A DNA stretch of 64,000 bases from Balanoglossus misakiensis (GCA_040954595.2 CM082593.2:9061200-9125199); one strand, 5' to 3'. Numbered from the stretch's first letter, positions 26,219-39,488 are shown. Made by a program: numbers and translations. Notes: a model not told the origin generated them from the letters alone.

Positions 26219-28201
26219 CAAGCTGAAGACTATGGAGGTCCTAGAAAAGAGTTCTTTGTGTTAGCGTTAAGAGGAATCAAGCAGAAATATTTCGACGAAG
26301 GCTTAAAGGATCATCTAGCCACAGAATATGAAACTGTTGGCAAGATAATGGGTAAGTTTTACTTAAGAATGATCTCCTGGTAGAAAATTGATTTCCTTGT
26401 GTCATTGATTCTCACATTTTATGTCAGATTTATTTAATCCCTGCTTTCAGCATTGCAAAGCTATCAGATTAACTGTTGTCTCACAACAATTGCCAAAAGG
26501 TCTTCTTCTCTGAACCACTGCTGAATGGCTGTGCAAATTCTTATTTGTTCATCATACAGTGTTCATGATACTGGATATATGAGACATATTATTAGGCATA
26601 CTCATTTTATCTTTATGGAATATTTTTTTCCCACTTAAGCACTGAGTATGCTACAAAATGGCAAACTACCAAGGTTCATGAACCAAGACATCATTACCCA
26701 ATTGGTGAACAATGATCCCGCCATGCCATGCATCGTCTATCTCAGAAAGGGACTGGACGCATTGGGAATTTACCAGGTATTGTAAGAGTTGAAACAGCAG
26801 TCTTTTTTTCATATGCAGAAAATGTACTGTGACATAATTGTATGAAGCTATTTCTGTCAAACTTACCAAAGAATTCAAAATAGCTGCAACAAACGCCAAA
26901 CTGGCAACACCTAATTTCTTTGATGCCGGCGACACGTTATCTCTAAAATAGTAACAACATCACAATTTAGTTCACAAAGAGGCGTCCCCCCCCCATCCCA
27001 ATTGCGCAGTTGAAGTAGTGCGTGTTGAGAGAGACGTGTCGACTCGAAAATGGATGACCATAGTTGTTTAGCGTGTCGAATGCTGCTCTACGAAGCTCGT
27101 AGTTACCTTCTGCAAGAACCCATCGGGAGGAACCACTGCTTCAACTGCGCAATTGGGATTGGGGGGGCGCCTCTTTGTCTACTAAATTGTGACATTGTTA
27201 CACTTTCAGAGATAACGTGTCGCTGGAATCAAAGAAATACTGTGCTTCTACTTTGGCGTTTGTTGCAAAATTTGCAATGTACCAGATTGGCTGCCAATGT
27301 GTGTCGTGCCTATAGAGTCTTTACATACATACATACATACATACATAAGTTTCTTTTTCCAACCATTATTTACTAATACTATGGTTCCTTTGGGACTAGG
27401 TCATTGATCAGGGTTCTCCCCATGCTAGTTGTCAGTGGTCAGGCCAAACCAGCACTTATGTGAAAAAGCTGGCACTATTGTGTACATTGATGATTGGGAA
27501 AGACTTTCAACAGACATGAATACTAATGAGTAGTCTTTTTAAATATTTTATCCCATCTTTTTCTCCCAGCTTTGCAGGAGAATACCTACATTCCATTATC
27601 TTTTCCAAGTAAATGAAGCCAGTGCCTTAACTGTGCGGAAAGTTATCAACTTATTGAAACCAACATTTAGTGAAGATGGTTCTAACAAAAGAATCTTTGA
27701 GGATTCCATCTACGCTATGTATGTTAAATACATCCGAGAGGTTGCAAGTAAGTATCATATTGACATTCATGTCAGAGAGACAAGAGCTCTTGTACCCGAG
27801 GTCCATGGTTCATTTCCAAAAATTGCTACTTTACAGTGGTTTTTAAGGCTTCCCCAAGAGTAAACCCTTTTTTTTCAAACACAAAATGTGGGAGGATTTT
27901 ATATCTTGACTTTTATTTCCACTATGTGTTTCATAAACAAGGTGGTCGAAGAGGACAGGTATCTCTCGGCAGCATACTGCAATTTGCAACTGGATCAGAT
28001 GAGGAACCCATCCTTGGATTTGTGATTCATCCAACGATTGAATTCAGTGATGCAGAAAACACATTTTTACCAACGGCTAACACATGCATTGGCTGCATGA
28101 GACTACCAAGACCCACTATTAATATTCCTCTACCATCACAGGAAACACTGTTTAATTTGTATGACTACGCTTTCAGCAACGCCTATTTTGGCAATGTGTA
28201 G
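26219..28201 (+). pseudogene. Second copy of HECT exons 5-8
   Basis: Same exons and splice sites as 22240-24221, with no upstream exons of its own. Confidence 0.8.
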
Positions 28202-30045
28202 TAATGGTGAGTTACTTGGGACCCTAGGCCTGTGGCCTACCTATAGGTCCCTATTGATATCAAGTTCTTACATGCTGCTTGTGGGATGTTCATATCTGTT
28301 TTGCTGAAAACTGAGTGTACTGTCCTATAAAGGCCCATAGCAACGAGCAAAAAAGTACGGGTGTCCCATCTTAAAAGGGCTCAAATGAAGTTGTCATTGC
28401 CAAAAATATGCAAATTAGCTGGGAAAATGTGAATTTGGTCAAAACTCAGTAACTCAAGAACTACTGGTCAGATTGCTTTACAAAGTGGTGTGTATTTACT
28501 TTATTTAGTTGTTTATATACACAGCAAATTCTTGAATGATTACATAACTGGCTAAGTTTTAAAGAGGCCAGCTGTTCTATTTAGTATATGTATAGTACAT
28601 ATGCCATTGGCAGCTTATGGGTCAGTCAGTGTTTGCCCATTGATCTCTCTCTATGTGTGTGTGTGTCTGTCTGTATGTATATGGCCAAGTACTCCGGTGT
28701 ACACTTTTTCTTGTGTAATCCCTCCATGGGACCACTGTGTCCTTGACGCGTTTTTTTATGCCAATAGGGCCCAATAGGCTGGAAAATGTGAAATTGGTCA
28801 AAACTTAGAAACTCAATAATTACTGGTCAGATTTCTTTGAAAATTGGAATTCCTTATGTCAACCTTACACAGTACTGTATGATTTGAGCTGATATGAATT
28901 TGTTTTTTTTTATGCATTTTTGTCTTTTTGCACATTATTGGTAAAAATCTTTTTGAAACTGAATAGCTAACTCCTGTGAAGTTTAGTATGAAGCTTCCTA
29001 TAGGTGATCTGAGTTACCTTAGTTTTGTTTAAATTGTTGCAAAATTTGTTTATTTATAATTTAAGTTTTTGGTAAAAAAAATTCTCTAAAACTGCTTGTC
29101 AGATAACTTTAAAATTTGGTAAACATCTTCGTAGGTGTAACCCAAGTAAGATAAAAATTTGGTGAAATTTGCATGCTTGAGTTATAGCGGGAATTTTGCA
29201 ATTTCAGCCAACATGTTTTTGAAGTGAAATTGCTTGTCGGATTGTGTTGAACTTTGGGTTAACCCACGTTTTCGCTCATTGCTTGGGAATTTTTGAAAAC
29301 AGTTCGGAACACATATACATGTATGTGCAACTGTAATGTCTGTTTATTGTTCAAATAACATGTTCTTATCTGCCTAGCTTTCTTTATTTACATATTGGTA
29401 ATTTACTAGTCACAATAGTTTGGGTGTTTTTTTGCTTATTAGTCATACAGTAAAGGGGACGTTCAGTCCTCCTGATTTCTACAGAATGTTGTAGCTTGGA
29501 GGTAACTTAATCAGAAAAAAAAAAGATAATTCGTGGGATTTTTTTTTATAAAAAAGGGAAAATGTCGGAATTTCCAATATGGCATTTTCTGTATTTTGAA
29601 TTATGGGGAAAAGGCGCCAGGCCTAACTTGTGCCAAACATTATGTGGGAGAATGTTTTGCGATTGGCATCATTGCTCGCCAGGATGGACATATTTGCAGA
29701 AAATAGTTTTGTCTCAAAGCTACATTATGTAGAAATAAGTTGAACTGAACTTCCTCTTTAATCTATGATGAATTATTAGCATAAAAAAGAACCATTGTAG
29801 TAATACAAAGTTGTTTCTGCATTAATTCAGAAAAAAATTTCAGAGTTATATTTTATATATATTTTATTTTTAAATTGTTACATATGAAATAAAATGTGAA
29901 TACATCAATATGTTTGTTGGCTTGCTATATTTCTTTTACTAAAGTGTCTTCACATAATATTATAGATTTGTGACCGGGGGTGGACTTACCTGATTACCTA
30001 CATACGTTGAGGGCTATACACCTGTGTCAGGGGGGGGGGGTGACT

Positions 30046-30774
30046 TAGTCTGGTTCCTTGCCCCAATCCCACCGCTGGCTGCGCTATGCTAAAGGAGAAG
30101 GGGTCAGGTACGGCCCGATTGCATACCCAGAAACCTGGGGAAACCACGTGATCATAAACAAGATGGATGCCTCCAATGTCCGTACGCCAGTCAAGATTCA
30201 TCCAGGCAGTTTTTTTTTGTTTGTTTGTTGTAAGTTGGAAATCGAATGATAAACATTCATGGAGGTGAAGGAGAGAACGGGAAATGAGTATCTTACAGCA
30301 ACTTATGGGACAAAGCCTTGCTCTCGCTACCCTTTTTCCATTAATTATGTTTGATACAAGACACCATTTATGTTAATGTACATGTGAATATGTAGTGAAT
30401 GAATGTTCAACCAAACACAACTTCCATCACGCTTGTATTATATGTGAGTAAAACTTCACCCAAAATGAATAAATGGTAAACACCGATTATTCATTTTGGC
30501 GAGTTTGTTCACTCTCATGTCTACAAATGGGATGGAAGTTGTGTGTGGTTGAACGTTGATTGACTATATATCCACATGTACTCATACGGTTATCATAAAC
30601 AGTGTCTTATATCAAACATAATTACGGTAATGGCAAAAAGGGCAGCGAGAGAGCGACTTTGTCCCTTTTCGTATATATTGACCAATGAGAGCCATGTTTA
30701 CAATAGGCCGTGCCTGACCCTTTCCCTTTAGCGTAGCGCAGCCAGCGGTGGCATTGGGGCAGGGAACCAGACTA
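30046..30774. mobile_element. Academ-like MITE (TAG...CTA termini, 10-bp TSD)
   Basis: TIR tagtctggttcc...ggaaccagacta extends imperfectly for ~70 bp. gggggtgact flanks both sides (30036-30045 and 30775-30784). Confidence 0.7.
30307..30666. mobile_element. MITE related to 20768-21108, nested in the Academ-like MITE
   Basis: gggacaaag...ttccattaattatgtttgatacaagacac...atcaaacataatt...gactttgtccct. Confidence 0.65.
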
Positions 30775-31538
30775 GGGGGTGACTTACATACTTCCCTGCA
30801 TACGTTGAGGGCGCTATATACATATATATAGGCACGCACTTCCATACTTGGTCATTCATTATCTGACACATGCTCGTTTCACTTTGTTACCTGTATGTGT
30901 AGGCCTACCTCTGCTCTGTACTATGTTTAATGTATGAAATAGACGGCCGAAATAAAGGATGAACCAGACGTAGTGACAACCACAATTTTTCCGAGCCTGG
31001 TGTGTATTTCTGTGCTTGCCCTATACTGGCAAGCCTAACAAATTGAAGTTCAGGTCTAATAGAATAACACCATGGGATAATGTTTTTTCGTGCTACTTTA
31101 CTTATTGGCCTGGCCCATGTTTACTACAACAAAATTAATTTCCAATAATAAGAAAGGACATATTATCATGAAAATACCTGGTAATATACTGATATATAAA
31201 AATACATGTATCAGTTCCATTTATAAAAATGTTTATATACTTAGGAAATATGTCACCATATGAAGCAATTTAGGAAAAAGTGCCAATATGGCAATAATTT
31301 GATTACCATTGCACACCCTTGACATTTTGACCAAAAAAGACGTTCTAATTACCAAATTTGTATGGTGCAGCCCATACTCCAGCATGTGCAAATTTTCATA
31401 CCATTTGCTACACATGCATGGTGCATTCATAAAACCCTCACAGCATAGACATGTCCCCAGGATGTGAATCCCCACATCCCCTCGTCTAGATGAAACACCG
31501 AGATAGTGGACCTTCAATATCTGTTTTCCAGCACTGAA

Positions 31539-33696
31539 TTAACAAAACGCTTCACTATATATAGCAATACAATATGTTTCATCGTTACTGAGAGGGTCAA
31601 TATTGTCCAATAATTGTTGCATATCATGCTCACTCAAGGGGCACAAGACAGGGGGGACATCTACCACTTCATCATCAAGGTCTTCTGGTATTGGTCCATC
31701 AAAATCAATCCCATATTGGTTTATTTCATCCTAGTAAAAATGAAAATTAATACAGTGAATGAGCCTACACTTAAATTATATGTCTGGTGTTCACAATTGG
31801 TTGATTTACATCATGTTTTGAATCCATGCTCTCTGATAAAATATATAGAGAATGTTTAATTTTAATTGGTATGCTCCAGCCACTGCATCTGAAAACAACT
31901 CAATTCCAACTTTATTTGTGACTGGCAGCCCAAGGATGTACGTGCAGAACATAAACTGGAAAACTGCGTGCACTTGTCTTTTTTCCATTAGATAACATTG
32001 AGAATAGCTAGAAAACTCACTTCTACTATTGTCATTTTCCTGAAATTTTACACATAGCCCAGTCAAATAAAAATTAATTCATCGGTCAAATAAAATCGTG
32101 TTGTCACCACGCGCTATTTTGTGATAAATTTGCTGAGTCAGCAGTTTTCTTTTTTTTATCAACTAAATTCATGGCTCTATAATTTGTCATGGATTTTCAT
32201 TATACATACACATGATGATCCAAATATCAACAAAAGAAATGATAATACTTTCATATTTACTGAACTAACTTACCTCATTTGTTGGTTCAAATAGTTCGTT
32301 AATAACTCTGTAGTTTGATTGTGACATATTGAAGCTGCCGCTTATGCAAATTTGTCTGGGTGAGGCATGTCCAGCAGAACTAAGTTTGTGATAGCTCCAC
32401 CCTTCTTGCCACATATGGAGGTCTTCATTTATCCGTTCTTTGAATGTGTAGTGCAGACAGAATAAGTCAATTTCATTAGTTGGATCCAAAAGGAAATTAT
32501 CTTCAAGATAATAAAACAACTGGTAGTATTTGGACAGAGTGCCCTGGAATACGTCCCTCCACAGTCTTTCGATTCTCTGATTATGAACGCTTTTGCAAGC
32601 TATGAAACTCCCTCTGCCCACATCACGGTCTGGATGGGATAGCATGAACAGTGCTACCTGCTCGTTTTCACCACCTTTATCCCCTCTGACTCTGGAGGGC
32701 ACACCATAGATACCAGTTGCACCTTCAAAAAGGTTCATGACAGTTGGGGCCGTATTATTGTCACTGCATGACAGATACACAACCATACGTGAAAAGCCAT
32801 CAATTCCTCCATGGACTACTAACTTCCACCTGCAATTTTAAGTTCATAGCAAAATTCAGTTAGTCAAAGTGCATGATGTAGATACTACCATTTCTACATG
32901 ATCAATAAATTGGACAAGGAATTGTAGTTGATGAACAGAAAGAAAAACTCATTAAAAGTGAGAGCTATTGTCCATTTAAAATACACTGTATTTACTTCTT
33001 GCATGCTCCTTACCTGATCAATTTATGGTTCCCGTCTATATGCCAGAGTGCATTTGGACATGGTACATTATATGATCTTCTCTTGATCGTGTGAAGTCTT
33101 CTAGCATCTACACCAAGTGGGTCAACACGACGTAGACTTTCTCTTGTTCTAAATATTGGGACACGCACACCTTGGGAAACAAGGAGTCCATGCATACGTT
33201 TCATTCCAGTGTTGAACAATCTACCTAGAATTTCCTGTGTGATGTTATCCAATTCTACATCTGTCAGTACAGAGTAACATCCACCTATGGAGAGCCCAAA
33301 ATCGGACATTCTTCTCCATACTGTTCGCTTGGATACACCCAGAAGTTTTGAAATAGTAGGAATATTAAAACCATCATTAAGTAAAAATTCCAGTTGTTCT
33401 CGATGAATGGTATACTTTGGTCTTCCTGGTTCACCAGAAAATGTTGGCAATGACTGGTAACGAAAGTCAGCTTTGTCAGCACTTATGAGATTATCTATGA
33501 TATCTTTGGCTAAGGTCAATTTAGCTAACACTAAACTCGGAATAGAGAATTCAAGTTGAAGTACCATGAGTTCATCTTGAGAAGCATTCACGCGATCATA
33601 TATATCTTCAAGCTGACCAACTTGAGATGACAATCGAAGGGAATCGGTAATTTCCTGTAGGTCATTAGCCAGTGTCATAACATTGTCACCAGCCAT
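31539..33696 (-). CDS. HTH + DDE integrase-core transposase (IS3EU-like), 3 exons, 476 aa, apparently intact
   Basis: Exons 33696-33014, 32829-32274, 31730-31539 (1431 nt, GT-AG). Spliced motifs [11 protein letters not shown]|[35 protein letters not shown] (D, D, E present), and C-terminal YGIDFDGP...IDPL. Confidence 0.9.
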
Positions 33697-33749
33697 TTTG
33701 TTTGAAGGATTGTGGGATAGGTCACCAAGATATACATATGCAACATTTG

Positions 33750-34150
33750 AAAAATGCAAACAGAATTAAATACAAATGTAAACATAATGAAATAAAAATG
33801 CAAACAGAATTAAATAAAAATGTAAACATAATGAAATAAAAATGCAAACAAAATGAAATAAAAATGCAAACAAAATGAAATAAAAATGCAAACAAAATTA
33901 AATAAAAATGTAAACATAATGAAATAAAAATGCAAACAAAATTAAATAAAAATGTAAACATAATGAAATAATGAAATAAAAATGCAAACAGAATGAAATA
34001 AAAATGTAAACATAATGAAATAAAAATGTTAACAAAATGAGATAAAAATGCAAACACAATGAAATAATGTAAACATAATTAAATAAAAATGCAAACAGAA
34101 TTAAAAAAGAATGCAAACATGAAATAATAATAACAAAATAAAATAATGTT
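33750..34150. repeat. AT-rich subterminal tandem repeats (~22-bp units)
   Basis: Repeated aaaatgcaaacagaattaaata / aaaatgtaaacataatgaaata between the transposase ATG and the terminus. Confidence 0.85.
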
Positions 34151-34184
34151 AATACAATTGTTTTGGCACTAATCTCACCCCATA

Positions 34185-37100
34185 ACCATTGCCAACCATG
34201 GAGATTTCATCAATGAAAATGACTTTCAGATTTCTATATTTTGCTTGCAAAGTATTTAGTCTTTCTGATGTTAATGGTCTATAGTGAAATCCTTGACTTG
34301 CAGAATTTGTAGTGCTGAGTGAATTGTACTTCCCTTAATATTGTATGCCGCCTTGCCTGTTGGTGCCATGAGTAAAATGAATACATTGTCAGGATTTTGA
34401 CCGGGAAGACTTGAAAGATGTTTCAATAGTACTTGATAGAGTGATTTCAGAACAAGAGATTTACCAACACCTGCTCCGCCTGTTACAAATACATGCAAAG
34501 GATCTGTTTTTTGTTTTAATCCAATGAATTACATGATAGAATATTTCTTTTTGCTTCTTGTTAAGAGTCTGTAAAAGGGGGTAAAGTTCAGTGTCAGGCA
34601 TTCGTGGGTGTAGAAGTTCATTAATATTAGATTTGTTTACAGCAATACCAATGTCTTGACCTATGTCATAATGTGAATGACTGTCATCCTGTGGGGGCAA
34701 ATATGTTCATTGTGTTACTTTGTCTACATCCTTCTGCAGAGTCTTGTCTTTCCTGATGTTCTGTATTTGGAGCAATGTTGTCAAACATATCCACAGCTGT
34801 ACTTTGTACTGCTTCAATTGCTTGATCTAATGCCTCAGCATTTTTATTGTATTCTTTTTGTTTAGTATCTACTTGCTGTTTGACCTGTAAATAGCGCTCG
34901 TAGTATGTATTACAACCAGCCATTAGTTGATTTTCATATCGCCAATGATAAAACAACATTACTAACTCTCTGTAATGATTTTCTGTGTCTCTTTCTTTAT
35001 GGAAACGAACATATCGGATGACTTTACTTTTTGTGCGTTTCTTGTAGATAAGTTGTTTGACCCTCCTTCTTCATTGTTGTACAAATCATCGTTGTCTTTC
35101 TTATCTAGCTCATCATCTTTTTCCTTTTCAAATTTATACCAAGCTGCAAAATCTGCCAAGCACAAATTCTCAAGGGCCTTTGGACGACGCTCATATTTTT
35201 TCAAGATGTTGTCACTTTCTATATCAGTAGCATTTGCTGGCATATTTTGTATTTCATCCAGTGGTTTCAGTAGGATAACTCGATCATTAGGAGGTGATGT
35301 ATTAACAAATATGACATCTCGTGAAGCTCTTCTTAATTTCATTTGCATTGTAAGATAGACAGCTTCTTGAGCACTAACTTCAACATGATTTAAGAATTTG
35401 TTTCCTATGTGTCTGACACTTTCCCTGATGTCTTGATTTCCTTCTCTCACTTCATCTACAGCTCTAGCTAGCAAGTTACTCACTCCTCGTTGAGCTTTAC
35501 TGATGTAAGATGCTATGTACATAGCACAGGCATATGGATCTATAATAAATTGAATGTCCATATTTGCTCTCCATGCTTTCAGTAGAATTTCATTGTAATT
35601 ATTGATTCTGATTTCATTTGGGGATCTCTTGAGGAAGATTTTCTCTGATGTTAGACATGACTGTAGTGCATTAATGTAGGTCTGTTCATCTAGTTGTATT
35701 TTATCTAAGAATTCATCAAATGAGATCTTTTCTCCACATTGTAAATCAGCAAGTACACTTTTAATATGTTTATAGTGTTCTGTAAGTCTCTGTTCTGTTG
35801 TTTCATCAATATCCATCGATAATGGTTCCAATATCATTGTTCTTGGCATAGGTGGAAGAGGAAAGCCAAATCTACAAACACACTGACCTTTCAGTTTACA
35901 TGTTTTTGCATGTCTATGCATTTGATAATTTATCAATTCTGCAAGGTTTTCATCACTGGTTTCATTGCTGCATGTAATATACTGATCTATGAAATTGGTA
36001 ATTTCATCATTATCATTTTCACCATATACTGGTGCATCTTTGATCCATACAAGCATGTGTACATGTGGTGACCCTCTTTGTTGAAATTCAACTCTGTAAA
36101 AGTAGTCCTGTATTTCACCAAGTGGATGATGTGAGCTCAGAAGAAAATCATGCATTAATTGCTGAAAGCAATGATCAAAGTGTCGAGCACAAGTAACAGG
36201 GTCTGATTTGATCAGTTCCGACTTTGTGTTCCATGACATATTTAATATATCATTGTCTGTGTACTCCTTTTCATGAACTGTCTTGCCAAGAATTTTCAGC
36301 AGATGTATCCATTTGGACCGGTTCACATAATTCAGAAGCAAGATTTGTACCATTATTGTCCAAAAATTCTTCCCAGTTATCATCAGACTCATTTTGATCA
36401 CAAACATTCCAATTTGTACCAATTGTTATCTTTTCTGCTTTATACAAAGGACTGTTTTCAACTAACCACTTTGCTGCTATTAAAACTTTCTGAGGTCTAA
36501 CATTTTCAACTTGGTAGGCATGATTGTAGCTGATTTTCCTCTTGAATTTGACTGGTATTGTTTGTGATTCATTGATAGTTCTCGGTAATGTCGAAACAGT
36601 ACTAGAGACATCTGCTATGACATTGACAATATTGCCTTTGAGACTAATTTGTCTACCCCGTGGCAATTCTCTTATTTGCATGAAAGGAATACGCAAGGCC
36701 ACAAGTCTTTCTTCAAGTGGATGTAATTGTAACTCTGGTGGGATTACTGGAAATGACATTTTGTTTGCTACAGCACAGGGTGGCAGCTTTGAGTCTTTTA
36801 AATACGAGTAGCAAGTTCTACATAATGGTGACATTTCATCAGTTGTGGCATTTGCATTTACATAGAGGTTGATGAAAATAATGAAAATTTACTTTGGATA
36901 TTATTGTAGTTTACAACACTTTCTCTGTACCACAGCTGTTCACAGCACACACATACAAATGTTGGACCATTCTGAACTGATTTATGAAAAACATCAATAA
37001 GCTCTTTAATTGATTTGGCACCACCACAATTTCTGTTAATTTTCTTAGCTCTTGCATCTGCTTCCCTTTCAGATTGTCTGTACACTTCATCAGACCGTCT

Positions 37101-38299
37101 TAATTTCATTGATTCAACATTTCTCTGTTGTTCACGTTGTCTGTACATTTCATCAGACCGTCTTAATTTCATTGATTCAACATTTCTCTGTTGTTCATGT
37201 TGTCTGTAAACTTCATCGGACCGTCTCAATTTCATTGATTGAACATTTCTCTGTTGTTCACTTTGTATGTACCCTTGATCGGACCGTCTTAATATCATTG
37301 ATTGAACATTTCTTTGTTGTTCACGTTGTCTGTACCCTTCATCAGACCGTCTTAATTTCATTGATTGAACATTTTTCTGTCGTTCCCTTTGTCTGAACAC
37401 TTCATCGGTCCGTCTTAATTTCATTGATTGAACATTTTCTGTCTTTCCCTTTGTCTGTACACTTCATCAGATCGTCTTAATTTCATGAAATCAATATTTC
37501 TCTGTTGTTCACATTTTCTGTACACTTCATCAGACCGTCTTAATTTCATTGTGTTTCTCTGTTGTTCACGTTGCCTGTACACTTCATCAGACCGTCTTAA
37601 TTTCATTGATGCTACATTTCTCTGCTGTTCATTTTGCCTCCACCAACTATTAGATCTCTTGATTCTTTTATATGATAAGTCTCTTTGTTTTTCATTCTCC
37701 TTAAAGTCAACATTTTTTCTTTTTTCTTGCTTTCTCTTCTTGTCTCTCTCTTTTTCCCTTTCCCTATAACTTGCAAAGTCTATATTATGTGTTGTGATCA
37801 TATCATGTGTTTTGCCCGATTCATGATCAGAGTCCTCAAGTGTCTGTGTAAGATGTGTATCTGTTATCTCAAGGAAGTCATAGTGACCACTATCAATTTG
37901 TCCTTGTTCACGGATTGCATGATATAACAGGTGTATTGTCACTGAGGAATCACCCTCTGTGAGAAATGGTTCATTGAGAATATCTAAATGAACTGCAATC
38001 TTCACATTGTATGCTGAAGCAGCTGCAGTTATTTCAATATGGCCACCAAAAGTTGCAAAACCTGGATCAGATTTAGACATGTACTGCCTGTAGTCATCTT
38101 GATTATTTACACTAAATCTCTGATATTCAGCAATAATGAAATCTTTATATTCATCCCAATGATCACTTATATAGTTTACAGTTTGTAATCTAACAGCATT
38201 ATGATGAATCTGAGTTGCAAATAGGCCTTGACTTATAGCCCTAAACAGACAATTGCCATCACCCTCAATAACAACCTTTCTATAAGAATTTGATGACAT
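34185..38299 (-). pseudogene. Helentron OTU-Rep-helicase polyprotein, N-terminal part, frameshifted
   Basis: OTU GDGNCLFRA...GHYD; CVCCEQLWY...CRTC; EERLVALRIPFMQIRELP; HUH RVEFQQRGSPHVHMLVW and YIASYISK; Walker A GGAGVGKS; APTGKAAYNIKGSTIHS; Walker B IFIDEISMVG. Several frameshifts. Confidence 0.93.
37060..37630 (-). repeat. Coding 63-bp tandem repeat (~9 copies of MKLRRSDEVYRQREQQRNVES-like units)
   Basis: Visible in DNA (cttcatcagaccgtcttaatttcattgatt) and in the translations. Confidence 0.85.
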
Positions 38300-38692
38300 T
38301 GTCTTTTATGTTGGAGATGCAACTTTCTCTTTTTATTTTTGGCCTTTGTGCTTAATTTCTTTACTCTCATTGTATTGATGTATTCAACTTGTTACAGATG
38401 TGATAAGATTCCTTCAGATTATTCAAGTACTTACAGTATCAAAAAGATATGATCTGAAGTAAATGCTGTTGTGTTTCACTCAAGAACTCCTGTACAAATG
38501 GTCTCTGTATTTCTCTAGGATGGATTATTTGATAAAACACCAAGAATAAATAAAATATATCTCTGTATATTGTGAATATATATCTTGTGGCAGTCACACT
38601 AAGATAAAAGCAAGTACTCAAATCTTCCAATTTTCAAATATTTAATTGATTCTTATGATAGCAAGTGTGATTATTATAATAGTAAGCGTTCT

Positions 38693-39488
38693 ATGAGCCT
38701 TCCAACGGCCGAATGTGCAAATATGAGCCTTTCAACGGCCAAATATGCAAGTATGAGCCTTCAAACAGCCAAATATGAGCCTTCTAAAGGCCAAATGTGC
38801 AAATATGAGCCTTCCAACGGACGAATGTGCAAATATGAGCCTTTCAACGGCCAAATATGAGCCTTCCAACGGCCAAATATGCAAGTATGAGCCTTCAAAC
38901 AGCCAAATATGAGCCTTCTTACGGCCAAATGTGCAAATATGAGCCTTCTAATGGCCAAATGTGCCAATATGAGCCTTTCAACGGCCATGTGCAAATATGA
39001 GCCTTCTAATGGCCAAATGTTCAAATGTGAGCCTTCCAACGGCCAAATGTGCAAATATGAGCCTTCAAACGGCCAAATATGCAAGTATGAGCCTTCAAAC
39101 AGCCAAATATGAGCCTTCTTACGGCCAAATGTGCAAATATGAGCCTTCTAATGGCCAAATGTGCCAATATGAGCCTTTCAACGGCCATGTGCAAATATGA
39201 GCCTTCTAATGGCCAAATGTTCAAATATGAGCCTTCCAACGGCCAAATGTGCAAATATGAGCCTTTCAACGGCCAAATATGCAAGTATGAGCCTTCAAAC
39301 AGCCAAATATGAGCCTTCTAATGGCCAAATGTTCAAATATGAGCCTTCCAACGGCCAAATGTGCAAATATGAGCCTTCTAACGGCCAAATGTGCAAATAT
39401 GAGCCTCCAACGGCCAAATGTTCAAATGTGAGCCTTCCAATGGCCAAATATGCAAGTATGAGCCTTCAAACAGCCAAATGTGAGCCTG
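38693..39488. repeat. ~30-bp minisatellite with 200-bp higher-order period
   Basis: gagccttccaacggccaaatgtgcaaatat units. ORF patterns recur at +200 (38909/39109 and 38997/39197). Confidence 0.9.

Larger units (their letters stand above)
22211..30170 (+). repeat. Tandem duplication of ~3.98 kb (HECT exons 5-8 plus downstream region)
   Basis: 22211-26187 is repeated at 26190-30170. Junction tggatgc-tt-aagtgttt. Differences seen are homopolymer lengths. Confidence 0.95.
4211..34184. mobile_element. IS3EU-like DDE DNA transposon carrying a HECT E3-ligase gene; right end intact, left end lost or rearranged
   Basis: Right terminus ...ttttggcactaatctcaccccata (TATGG read inward) abuts Helentron codons DEISMVGNG at 34185. 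AT-rich subterminal repeats. Transposase (-) and HECT gene (+) are convergent. No matching left TIR or ACCATT TSD found, so the left boundary is approximate. Confidence 0.6.

Noticed and set aside
33722-34116. Hydrophobic Phe/Leu-rich ORFs suggesting membrane proteins
   Set aside because: Translations of the AT-rich subterminal repeats.
38693-39488. CRISPR-like ~30-bp periodic array
   Set aside because: Units are contiguous and degenerate with no unique spacers and no cas genes; this is a eukaryotic minisatellite. Its ORFs are translation artefacts.
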